Shown here piece after piece: positions 34,301 through 46,002 of a DNA stretch of 60,877 nt; within the stretch, counting starts at the first letter, position 1; each line of letters opens with the position of its first letter. The notes beneath the pieces are model-generated. The model ran no database searches and was not told where the DNA came from. It worked only from the letters and a program-made list of their open reading frames with translations. The stretch is taken from contig JAXLNO010000371.1 in NCBI GenBank assembly GCA_038087875.1, positions 1-60,877 on the forward strand. The letters run 5' to 3'. The position numbers and the translations under genes were made by a program. The stretch is from Malacoraja senta. Its lineage: Eukaryota.

Positions 34301-35806
34301 GAATGTGCAAATCACAATTTGGATTGAAATCCATTCAAAACCTTTGAATAACACTCTGTATAAACAGAGCTAAGGTAATTTGCTTCCATTCATCACAGAA
34401 ACAGATGTAATGTACCCCAGATTTAAGTTGTGTCACATTTGATATGTGCACCTGAGAACCAGGCCCATCTACCTCCTTGGTACCTGGTGGATGACGTTGT
34501 CCCCGGCTCCTTGGCGGGAAAGCCAATGTTTGACCATGTTCCCGCTTCGTTTGTCGGGGTACTTTATCCCACTTGATCAAGCCCACCGTCTTTGCCTCGT
34601 CACCCATGTCCTTGACACTCTTGGCGAGGTCCTCTCCGAAGAGTAGGTTGGCCGGCTGTATGTTGTTAGGCTGGAAAAATACTGCAATCTTGGAATTAAT
34701 GGTGGGCCGAATGGCACTTTCCCTGAGACAATTTATCTAAAAAAATGGGTGCTACAAAGCAACCCTAGTACCTCTTGCTGCGTCTCCGACACATGCCCTC
34801 CATCCACCGTTCTCGCGAACGCCGTGATTCCTGAGCCAAGTAATTTCAGGATTCTCTGCAGCTTCATCTCCTGGGCACTGCACGCCCACGCCCATCTGGC
34901 TCCATATCACCCGGTTCACTGCTGGCACCTTCAGCAACTCGCAGTTACCCCGTCTCTTGGTGATTCCAGACTCTGACTGGACAGCGAATCGTACTGCCAG
35001 AGATGGGAACTCTGACAACGGCCGTCTTCGCTTTCCCAGTGGCACTCCATACTCTGACGGGACAGCGAATCGTGCTGCCAGAGAATGGACCTCTGACAAC
35101 GGCCGTTCTTCGCTAATTTCCAAGTCTCCGTCAGAGTCGGGGTCAGAACTTAGCTGACCCTCTGCACTCACCTCATGCATGAGGGTGCTTTAAGCAGCCC
35201 TCTACCGGGTGCTGCCGGGGTGGCCTTTCTGCAGCCTACCGCCCACACGACTCCTCCCCGGAGTGTGCGTTTCTGGAGCGACCTCTGGATGAGGTGCTCC
35301 ATTTGGGAGAACCGTTTAAAAACGTCTCCAGCCCCGTACAGGCTCGTTGTGGCCCGACTCAGTTGAGTCCAAGGGCCTCCCAGACTTCCCCGTGCCTTAC
35401 ACCTGACTGGCGTTGGCTTTGGTGCTTTTTAGCACTCAGTCTGAAGTCGCCCCGCTCCCGGTCGGCGACTGTGCAGGGGTACGAGGCAGCCGCTGACAGA
35501 CCACATTCCCGCGGCTCTCCTATGCTTTACCTGCGGCTGCCCTAACACCCCCTGCTCGTCTTCACCATGGTGCTGCCTGTAAGAAAAAACACAGAGCACA
35601 GCACCACAGTAAAGGAACTTTTTACTCCTGCTAAGTTTCCCACTTAGCTGGAGCTTTAAAACTCTTTAAAATACTCTAAAAGTACTTACCACAGGAGGAG
35701 CTCCGTCCTCCCGCTGGTCCGTGCGCCAATGCGACCGACGTAATGACGCGCATGCGCCCTAATGGGCCTTCTTCACGTAGTCACTAACGTGACTCCGAAG
35801 TAAAAT
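31362..35806 (-). mobile_element. Degenerate full-length DIRS1-like tyrosine-recombinase retrotransposon in an ALS2CL intron (antisense)
   Basis: 40-bp ITRs (31431-31470 / 35744-35783) and an ICR at 31590-31701. Minus-strand remnants of gag (~34400-35570), RT (MAYLDDILI), RNase H, methyltransferase-like domain (FASRFNHQ; LVIPNWPNQAWFP) and tyrosine recombinase (WRKSTQKGY..KW; STSAAATS..AGWS). AAT at both junctions. Confidence 0.93.
31590..31701. other. DIRS internal complementary region (ICR)
   Basis: Reads as the reverse complement of the left terminus (31362-31440) joined through ATT (31665-31667) to the reverse complement of the right terminus (~35770-35806). Confidence 0.92.
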
Positions 35807-35865
35807 CTGTCAATCCCTGCTTTAAAAATATCCACTGACTTGGCCTCCGCAGTCATCTGTGGCAA

Positions 35866-36191
35866 AGTGCTGGAGTAACTCAGCGGGTCAGGCAGCATCT
35901 GTGGAGAACATGGACAGGTGACGTTTCACAGAGTGCTGGAGTAACTCAGCGGGTCAGGCAGCATCTGTGGAGAACATGGATAGGTGACGTTTCACAGAGG
36001 GCTGGAGTAACTCCGCGGGTCAGGCAGCATCTGTGGGGAACATGGATAGGTGACGTTTCACAGAGGGCTGGAGTAACTCAGCGGGTCAGGCAGCATCTGT
36101 GGAGAACATGGATAGGTGACGTTTCACAGAGGGCTGGAGTAACTCAGCGGGTCAGGCAGCATCTGTGGAGAACATGGATGGGTGATGTTTC
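35866..36191. repeat. 66-bp minisatellite, about 5 copies
   Basis: Same unit; three copies share a T>G variant (AGAGGGCTGG). Confidence 0.92.
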
Positions 36192-36594
36192 GAGTCTAAG
36201 ATTCATAGAACATAGAAACATAGAATAGTTCTTTGTTTTCCTAAGACTCTTGGACTCGAAATGTTGCCTAACCAAGTTCACAACCCATGGCATAAGAAGG
36301 GCCTCGACCTGAAACATCACCCATTCCTGCTCTCCAGAGATGCTGCCTGTCCCACTGAGTTACTCCGGCATCTTGTGTCTACCATGATATAATCATTTGC
36401 ATGAACATAGGACAGTACACCACAGGAACTGGCCCTTCGGCCCACAATGTCTGTGCCAAACCTGTTGCCAAGATCTGCATGTAATTCATATCCCTGCCCA
36501 AACTCTCCCTGTAGCTAACACCCCCTAATCCAGGCATCGTTCTGGTGAACCCCCTCTACACCCTCACCAAAGCCTCCACATCCTTCCTGTAAAC

Positions 36595-37189
36595 CAGGGG
36601 CCGGCAACCTCGGCCCCCAGGCCGAATGCGGCCCGTGACCCAAAACAAACCGGCCCGTAGACTTCCGTCATCTCCGGTACCTCCCGGGCCTGAGGCGCGG
36701 TGACGCAGGGAGGCCTGCAATGGCTGCCGCAATGGCGGAGCGCAGCCGAACGTCGAGCTTTGTCTGTACCGCATCTTACGCAAAGCCGCCGGCACGGCCG
36801 CGCACCTTCTGTGTCTGGGCTTCACTGTAAGGATCGGGGTTGTCAATGGGCCGGGGACGTGTGAGTGTTAGTATTTGAGCCACCGACTTCAGGACAGAGC
36901 CAGGGCAATGGTCCGTAGGTGCGCCATGTTGGTAAGCACCCGTAACTAGGGACGCCATGTTGGTGAGCGCCCGTAACTAGGGACGCCATGTTGGTAAGCA
37001 CACGTAACTAGGGACGCCATGTTGGTGAGCGCCCGTAACTAGGGACACCATGTTGGTGAACGCCCGTAACTATGGGCCAGTGCGTCCTCGAAGGGGCGGG
37101 ATCTATGTGAACACGTGATAGATGTGGCCCGCCATCCGCTCACAGACATGCGTCCAGGCCCCTTGGCAGAACAAGGTTGCCCACCCCTG
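36595..37189. mobile_element. Non-autonomous hAT (Charlie/Buster-like) MITE with an internal 31-bp tandem repeat (~5 copies, 36922-37072)
   Basis: TIRs CAGGGGCCGGCAACCT / AGGTTGCCCACCCCTG; 8-bp TSD CTGTAAAC / CTGTAAAT with central TA. Confidence 0.88.
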
Positions 37190-37728
37190 CTGTAAATGGG
37201 GTGACCAGAACTGCACAAAATATTCCAACCAAAGTCCACTAAACCTGCATCATGCATTCCTGACCCGACCTACAAAAGCAAGCATACCATAAGCCTTCTG
37301 AAGAAGGGTTTTGGCCCGAAACGTTCAAGGAATTTCTTCCTGAAGGGTTTCGGCCCGACACGTTTAAGAATAAGGAGTGAGCCATTTAGAACGGAAACGA
37401 GGAAACACTTTTTTCACACAGAGAGTTGTGAGTCTGTGGAATTCTCTGCCTCAGAGGGCGGTGGAGGCCGGTTCTCTGGATACTTTCAAGAGAGAGCTAG
37501 ATAGGGCTCTTAAAAATAGTGGAGTCAGGGGATATGGAGAGAAGGCAGGAACGGGGTACTGATTGGGGATGATCAGCCATGATCACATTGAATGGCAGTG
37601 CTGGCTTGAAGGGCCGAATGGCCTAATCCTGCACCTATTGTCTATTGTCTATTGTCTATTGGAACGCGGGTCTCTGGCAGTGTGAGGCAGCAACTCTACC
37701 GCTGCGCCACCGTCTCTGTCATCTGTAG

Positions 37729-37857
37729 AACCCGGAGATCAAACCTATCGCGGAAGCGCTGGTGACTTTCATCGATCTCGCCAAGTGGATCCAGCAGTCT
37801 CTGGACGTGGCGACCTCCACCAAAACTCTCTGGAACTCACTCGGAAGCAAATTAACT
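37729..37857 (+). CDS. ALS2CL: ALS2CL-like exon, end of DH domain (NPEIKPIAEALVTFIDLAKWIQQSLDVATSTKTLWNSLGSKLT)
   Basis: TCTGTAG acceptor, GTGAGT donor, 129 nt, phase 0 to 0. Resembles ALS2CL ..FMKQELDQAVATQALWHTL. Confidence 0.9.
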
Positions 37858-39919
37858 GTGAGTAGCAGACACACTTTGTTCAACATTATCAATGTCGTTG
37901 TCAATTCTGTATTTGTTTAGCTCATCTTTGTCATGTGTACCCAGGTACAGTGAAAAGCTTTTCGTTGCGGCTATCCAGTCAGCTGAAAGACAACACATGA
38001 TTACAATCGAGCCGTCCACAGTGTACAGATACAGAATAAAGGGAATAATGTTTAGAGCAGCGTAAAGTCCGATTACCATATGCTTTGCAGCCAATTATCG
38101 ACACATTTAAAATATTATGTGTAAGAAGGAACTATAAGGAAGATAGACAAAGTGCTGGAGTAACTCAGTGGGTCAGGCAGCATCTCTGGAGATGAGGTAT
38201 AGGTGATGTTTCGGGTCGAGACACTTCCTCTGGACATCCATAGTAAAGATGAAGGAACGGGGACCTGACCCACTGAATTACTCCTACTTTTTGTGTCTAT
38301 CCTTTAAACTGTTAGTTTTGTTTATTGTCACGTGTACAGTGAAAAGCTTTTCTTCACGTGCTAACCAGTCAGTGGGAAGACAATACATGATTACAATCGA
38401 GCCGTCCACAGTGTATAGATACATCATTAAGGGAATAACCTCCGATTAAAGATAGTTTGAAGGTCTTTAATGAGGATAGTAGTTCAGGACTGCTCTCTGG
38501 TTGTGGTAGGATGATTCAGTTGCCTGATAACAGCTGGAAAGAAACTGTCCCTGAATTTGGAGGTGTGCGTTTTCACACTTCTGTACCTCTTGCCAGATGG
38601 AGAGGGGAGAAGAGGGAGTGGCCGGGGTGCGACTGGTCCTTGATTATGCTGCTGGCCTTGCCGAGGCAGCGTGAGGTGTAGATGGAGTCAAAGGAAGGGA
38701 GGTTGGTTTGTGTGACGGTCTGGGCCATGTTTACAGGCAAAGGGTCCTGATCCGAAACATCACACAGAGAGCGGTGAGTCTGTGGAATTCTCTGCCTCAG
38801 AGGGCGGTGGAGGCCAGTTCTCTGGATGCTTTCAAGAGAGAGCTAGATAGGGCTCTTAAAGATAGTGGAGTCAGGGGATATGGGGAGAAGGCAGGAACGG
38901 GGTACTGATTGTGGATGATCAGCCATGATCACATTGAATGGCGGGTGCTGACTCGAAGGGCCGAATGGCTGACTCCTGCACCTATTGTCTATTGTCTATT
39001 GTCACCCAACCATGTTCGTGTTCATAAGTTATCGGGGCAGAAGTAGGTCATTTGTCCCATGGAGTCCACTTTGTGTCTGCATGATGTGTGAGGGGGGGGG
39101 GGGGGGGGCTGTGGGCTACCTTAAATCAGGAACCAGAAGCATCACATGACCATATTACCACTTCAGCGTACCATAGAAACATAGAAAATAGGTGCAGGAG
39201 GAAGCCATTCGGCCCTTCGAGCCAGCACCGCCATTCAATGTAATCATGGCTGATCGTCCCCAATCAGTACCCCATTCCTGCCTTCTCCCCATATCCCTTG
39301 ACTCCACCAGCCCCTAGAGCTCTATCTAACTCTCTCTTAAATCCATCCAGTGACTTGGCCTCCACTGCCCTCTGTGGCAGGGAATTCCACAAATTCACAA
39401 CTCTCTGGGTGAAAACGTTTTTTTTCTCACCTCAGTCTTAAATGACCTCCCCTTTATTCTAAGACTGTGGCCCCTGGTTCTGGACTCGCCCAACATTGGG
39501 AACATTTTTCCTCCATCTAGCTTGTCCAGTCCTTTTATAATTGTATATGTCTCTATATGGGCCGAATGGCCTCCTCCTGCACCTATTTTCTATGTTTCTA
39601 TGCTACGCTGAAGTAGTCATGCAGTCATGTAATGCTTGTGGTTCCTGATTTAAGGTAGCAACAGACACCAGCCCGTCTTTCTCACTTCCCAATTTCTGTG
39701 CAGCCAGCTCACCCCATTGCTGCAACATGCTAATGATGCAAATCATGCTTCACAAGGTTATTTTCTCCCTCGGTCAGAAGGTCATGCAAACTCATGAGTC
39801 ACAGAGTCATGGAGTGATACAGTGTGGAAACAGGCCCTGCAGCCCAACTTGACCACACCGGCCAGCAATGTCCTAGCTACGCTAGTCCCACCTGCCTGCG
39901 TTTGGCCCATATTCCTCCA

Positions 39920-42581
39920 AGTATAAGGAATAAAGTGAACGAGCTTGAGGCTCAGTTAGACATTGGAAAGTATGATGTTGTGGGAATTACTGAGACATGG
40001 CTGCAAGAGGGCCAGGGCTGGGGACTGAATAACCAAGGGTATACCTCCTATTGAAAAGACAGACAGGTGGGCAGAGGGGGTGGGGTTGCCCTGTTGGTGA
40101 GGAATGAAATTCAGTCCCTCGCAAGGGGTGACATTGAAACAGGAGATGTGGAGTCAGTATGGATAGAACTAAGGAATTGTAAGGGTAAAAAGACCCTAAT
40201 GGGACTAATCTACAGGCCCCCAAACAGTAGCCTGGACAGAGGGCGCAAGTTGAATCAGGAGTTAAAATTGGCATGTAGTAAAAGTAATGCTGTGGTTGTT
40301 ATGGGAGATTTCAACATGCAGGTAGACTGGGAAAATCAGGTTGGTACTGGACCCCAAGAAAGGGACTTTGTAGAGTGCCTTCGTGATGGATTCTTAGAAC
40401 AGCTTGTATTGGAGCCAACCAGGGAGAAGGCAATTCTGGATTTAGTGTTATGTAATGAACCGGATTTGATAAAGGAACTTGAGGGTAAGGAGCCATTAGG
40501 AGGTAGTGACCATAATATGGTCAGGTTTAATCTACAATTGGAGAGGAAGGGTAGATCGGAGGTGTCAGTGTTACAGTTGAATAAAGGGGACTATGGGGCC
40601 ATGAGGGAGGAGCTGGCCAAAGTTGACTGGAAAGATTCACCAGCAGTGGAACCACAATGGCAGGTATTTCTAGGAATAATACAGAAGGTGCAGGATCAGT
40701 TTATTCCAAAGAGGAAGAAAGATTCCAAGGGGAGTAAGGGGCAACCGTGACTGACAAGAGACGTCAGGGACAGTATAAATATAAAAGAGAAGAAGTATAA
40801 CGTAGCAAAGATGAGCGGGAAGCAAGAGGATTGGGTAATGTTTAAAGAACAACAGAAGATAACCAAAAATACAATACGGGAAGAAAAGATGAGGTACGAA
40901 GGTAAGCTAGCCAAGAATATAAAGCAGGATAGTAAAAGCTTCTTTAGGTATGTGAAGAGGAAAAAATTCGTTAAGACCAAAGTTGGACCCTTGAAGACCG
41001 AAAAAGGTGAATTTATTAAGGGGAACAAGGAAATGGCAGATGAGTTGAACAGGTACTTTGGATCTGTCTTCATTAAGGAGGACACAAACAATCTTCCAGA
41101 TATAGTAGTGGCCAGAGGATCTGGGGTGACGGAGGAAATGAAGGAAAATCACAATAGTCAGGAAATGGTGTTGGATAGACTGATGGGACTGAAGGCTGAT
41201 AAATCCCCAGGGCCCGATGGTCTGCATCCCAGGGTACATAAGGAAGTGGCTCTAGAAATCGTGGATGCATTGGTGATAATTTTCCAATGTTCTACAGACT
41301 CAGGATCAGTTCCTGTGGATTGGAGGGTAGCTAATGTTATCCCACTTTTTAAGAAAGGCTGGAGAGAGAAAACAGGGAATTATAGACCAGTTAGCCTGAC
41401 ATCGGTGGTGGGGATGATGCTGGAGTCAATTATAAAAGATGAGATAGCCGAACATTTGGATAGCAGTAACAGGATCGGTCCGAGTCAGCATGGATTTACA
41501 AAGGGGAAATCATGCTTGACTAATCTTCGGGAATTTTTTGAAGATGTAACTAGGAAAATGGACAAGGGAGAGCCAGTGGATGTAGTGTACCTGGACTTTC
41601 AGAAAGCATTTGATAAGGTCCCACCAGGGGATTAGTGGGCAAAATTAGGGCACATGGTATTGGGGGTAGAGTGCTGACATGGATAGAAAATTGGTTGGCA
41701 GACAGGAAACAAAGAGAACAAAGGGATTAACGGGTCCCTTTCAGAATGGCAAGCAGTGACTAGTGGGGTACTGCAAGGCTCGGTGCTGGGACTGCAGCTA
41801 TTTACAATATACATCAATGATTTGGATGAAGGGATTCAAAGTAACATTAGCAAATTTGCAGATGACACAAAGCTGGATGGCAGTGTGAACTGTGAGGAGG
41901 ATGCTATGAGAATGCAGGGTGACTTGGACAGGTTGGGGGAGTGGGCAGATGCAAAGTAGATGCAGTTTAATGTGGATAAATGTGAGGTTATCCACTTTGG
42001 TAGCAAAAACAGGAAGGCAGATTACTATCTAAATGGCGTCAAGTTGGGAAAAGTGGAAGTACAACGGGATCTGGGGGTCCTTGTTTATCAGTCTATGAAA
42101 GTAAGCATGCAGGTACACAGCAGGCAGTGAAGAAAGCGAATGGCATGTTGGCCTTTATAACAAGAGGAGTCGAGTATAGGAGCAAAGAGATCCATCTGCA
42201 GTTGAATGTTATATGTTTCTATAAGGGATAGGACAGGCTAGATGCAGGAAAAATATTCCCCATGTTGGGGGAGTCCAGAACCGGGGTCACAGTTTAAGAA
42301 TAAGGGGTAAGCCATTTTGGACTGAGACGAGGAAAAACTTTTTCACACAGGGAGTTGTGAATCTGTGAAATTCTCTGCCACAGAAGGCAGTGGAGGCCGA
42401 TTCACTGGATGTTTTCAAGAGAGAGTTAGATTTGGCTCTTAGGGCTAACGGAATCAAGGGATATGGGGAGAAGGCAGGAATGGCGTACTGATTCTGGATG
42501 ATCAGCCATGGTCATATAGAATGGCGGTGCTGGCTCGAAGGGCCGAATGGCCTCCTCCTGCACCTATTTTCTATGTTTCTA
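39920..42581 (+). mobile_element. Long CR1 LINE ORF2 remnant (APE endonuclease plus RT) with 3' UTR; contains stops and an internal deletion near 42205
   Basis: GITETWL, IYRPPN, MGDFN, SDHN (APE); KSPGPDG, NYRPVSLTS, YLDFQKAFDKV, FADDTK (RT); TATGTTTC tail. Confidence 0.93.
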
Positions 42582-42690
42582 TTTCAAGTTGGGGCAAAGG
42601 GCCTATTTTCCACGTTGCGTGACACTGACGTATCACTGCAAGATAACCCTGCTCCTGTTTCCGGTTGAAACTTATTTCTTCTCTCGGCAG

Positions 42691-42801
42691 GATCTCTTGT
42701 TTCTTCCGGGCCGCCGGCTGTGGGAGGATAGCAAGAACTTGCCCGCGACCTGCGGTGACTCGAGACTCCTGCTGTTCGAAGACAGTCTGGTGATCGTCCA
42801 G
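42691..42801 (+). CDS. ALS2CL: ALS2CL-like PH-domain exon (DLLFLPGRRLWEDSKNLPATCGDSRLLLFEDSLVIVQ)
   Basis: CTCTCGGCAG acceptor, CAG|GTAAAC donor, 111 nt. Resembles ALS2CL DVLCTPAHRLLQDS...RVLLFDDALVLLQ. Confidence 0.92.
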
Positions 42802-43896
42802 GTAAACATTACTCAATGTGGAGGAAGGAACTGCGGATGCTGGTTCAAACCGAAGATAGACACAAAAAACTCAGCGGGACAGGCAGCATCTGTGGAGAGA
42901 AGGAATGGGTGACATTTCGGGCCGAGACCCTTCTTCAGTCTGAAGAAGGGTCTCGACCCGAAACGTCACCCATTCCTTCTCTCCATAGATCACTCAATGG
43001 TGGTCAATGGTTTTATTCAATTTTAGTCCAGTTTAATTTCGAGGTTTTGCGCGAAAACAGGCTCTTCGGCCCACCGAGTCCCCGCCGACCAGCGATCCCC
43101 GCACACTAACACTACCCTACACACACTGGGGACAATTTTTACATTTACACCAAGCCAATTAACCTACAAACCCGCACGTCTTTGGAATGTGGGAGGAAAC
43201 CGAAAATCTCAGAGAAAATCCACGGCAGACACGGGGAGAACGTGCAAACTCCGTACAGACAGCACCCGTCAAACTGTCAAACTCCACCTTAAAAATACCC
43301 AACGACTTGGCCTCCGCAGCAGCCTCTGGCAATGAATCCCACAGATTCACCACCCTCTGACTAAAGGACTTACTCCTCAGTTTCCGTGCTTCATTTCTCT
43401 CTGAGGTTATGAGTGGATGTGAGGTTCTGGAATGGATGGGTTGAAGCAAAGTTTACCTCGGGGAAGTTGCGCAGGTGTGTACACCTGTTGGCAAGAAGGT
43501 ACTGACACCGGTAAAGAACTCCAACCCTTGCTCAGCTTCAGATATTTCTCCTGCTACTACCTCTCTTTAGATTAGTTTAGTTTAGAGATACAGCGTGTTT
43601 CCACTGGGTCTGCGCCGACCAGCGATACCCGCACACTAACACCATCCTACAACCAATAGGGACAATTTCTACATTTATACCAAGCCAATTAACCTACAAA
43701 CCTGCACGTCTTTGGAGTGTGGGAGGAAACCCGAGCACCCGGAGAAAACCCACGCGGACACGGGGAGAACGTACAAACTCCGTACGGACAGCACCCGTAG
43801 TGGGGATGGAACCCGGGTCTCCGGCGCTGCATTCGCTGTAAGGCAGCAACTCTACCGCTGCGCCACCGTGACCGCCCAAACTTTTCTTTCTGCCAG

Positions 43897-43967
43897 GGTT
43901 CAGAAGCGAAGAGCTACAAGCTGAACGTTGTCTGGATAGAACGACTGGTGGACACCAGCTCTGAAAG
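43897..43967 (+). CDS. ALS2CL: ALS2CL-like PH-domain exon (GSEAKSYKLNVVWIERLVDTSSE)
   Basis: TTTCTGCCAG acceptor, AG|GTGAGG donor, 71 nt, phase 0 to 2. Confidence 0.87.
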
Positions 43968-44186
43968 GTGAGGAAGAAGTGACAGTCGTGGCCACATCTC
44001 AGTGTGACGTTAGTCGGTACTTTGGAAAGGGTGCTGGCATAATTCACCTGGGACTTGAGTCACAGAGAGAGGTTGGACTGGCTGGGACTATTTTCTTTGG
44101 AGCGTAGGCGGACGAGGGGCGAGACGCATCACAGCTTGGTTTGGGAGCAGCTCCAACCAAGTCCGCAAGAAATCGCAGAGAGTTGT

Positions 44187-44707
44187 GGACATTCTTGCTA
44201 TTGAGGGAGTGCAGCGTAGGTTTACAAGGTTAATTCCCGGGATGGCGGGACTGTCATATGCTGAGAGAATGGAGCGGCTGGGCTTGTACACTCTGGAGTT
44301 TAGAAGGATGAGAGGGTATCTCATTGAAACATATAAGATTATTAAGAGTTTGGACACGCTAGAGGCAGGAAACATGTTCCCGATGTTGGGGGAGTCCAGA
44401 ACCAGGGGCCACAGTTTAAGAATAAGGAGTAAGCCATTTAGAACGGAGATGAGGAAACACTTTTTCACACAGAGAGTTGTGAGTCTGTGGAATTCTCTGC
44501 CTCAGAGGGCAGGGGGGGCCAGTTCTCTGGATACTTTCAAGAGAGAGCTAGATAGGGCTCTTAAAGATAGCGGAGTCAAGTGATATGGGGAGATTGCAGG
44601 AACGGGGTACTGATTGTGGATGATCAGCCATGATCACATTGAATGGCGGTGTTGGCTCGAAGGGCTGAATGGCCTACTCCTGCACCTATTGTCTATTGTC
44701 TATTGTC
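44187..44707 (+). mobile_element. CR1 LINE 3' fragment inserted in a Rex1/Babar fragment
   Basis: ORF 44185-44583. Rex1 sequence (..GAGTTGTGGAC | CAGCCCAGACC..) resumes after the tail. Confidence 0.88.
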
Positions 44708-45874
44708 AGCCCAGACCATCACTCAAACCAACCTCCCTTCCGTTGACTCCATGTACACCTCACGCTGCCTCGGCAAGGCCAGCAGCATCATCAAGGACCA
44801 GTCACACCCCGGCCACTCCCTCTTCTCCCCTCTCCAATCGGGCAAGAGGTACAGAAGTGTGAAAACGCACACCTCCAGATTCAGGGACAGTTTCTTCCCA
44901 GCTGTTATCAGGCAACTGAATCATCCTACCACCATCTATAGAGCTACTATCTACCTCATTTTGGAGACCTTGGACTCTATTTTATCAGACTTTATTGGAC
45001 ATTATCTTGCACTAAACGTTAGAGCCTTTATCCTTTTCCCCAAGTTGTGGGAACCAAGAACAAGAGGAGATGGGTTTAAGGTGAGAGGGGAAATGTTTAT
45101 TTGGAACCTACGGAGCAACCATTTCACCCAGATGGGTGTATGGAACGAACTGCCAGAGGAGGTAGTTGAGGCAGGTACTATACGAACATTTAAAAGATGC
45201 TTGGACAGATATAGGGATAGGACAGGTTTAGAGGGATATGGGCCAAATGCAGGCAGATGGGACTAGTGTAGATAGGCCATCTGTGCAGTGGGTGGAAGGG
45301 TCTGTTTCTGAACTGTATGATTCCACTACTCTAACTACTATCTACCTCATTGGTGACAATAGACAATAGGTGCAGGAGTAGGCCATTCGGCCCTTCGAGC
45401 CAGCACCGCCATTCAATGTGATCATGGCTGATCATCCACAATCAGTACCCCGTTCCTGCCTTCTCCCCATATCCCCTGACTCTGCTATCTTTAAGAGCCC
45501 TATCTAGCTCTCTCTTGAAAGTATCCAGAGAACCGGCCTCCACCGCCCTCTGAGGCAGAGAATTCCACAGACTCACAACTCTCTGTGTGAAAAAGTGTTT
45601 CCTCATCTCCGTTCTAAATGGCTTACCCCTTATTCTTAAACTGTGGCCCCTGGTTCTGGACCCTCGGACTATCCTTGATTGGACTTTGCTGGCTTTACCT
45701 TTGCACGAAACATTATTCCCTTATCATGTATCTGTACACTGTGAACGGATCGATTGTAATCATGTATTGTCTTTCCGCTGACTGGTTAGCACGCAACAAA
45801 AAGCTTTTCACTGTACCTCGGTACACGTGACAATAAACTGAACTGAAACTAAAATGTGTTTGTGTTTCGTTCAG

Positions 45875-45941
45875 GAATCGGTTGAAGATCATTGTTCCGG
45901 AGGAAGAATTTATTTACAACATGCGGGACTCCAAGAGTCTG
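45875..45941 (+). CDS. ALS2CL: ALS2CL-like PH-domain exon (NRLKIIVPEEEFIYNMRDSKSL)
   Basis: TTCGTTCAG acceptor, CTG|GTAAGC donor, 67 nt, phase 2 to 0. Contains the PEEEF motif as in ALS2CL. Confidence 0.92.
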
Positions 45942-46002
45942 GTAAGCAGTGGGGTTAGAACCTGCAGCATATCGGGGTGAGATAGGGTCTTTCAATCTGA
46001 GA

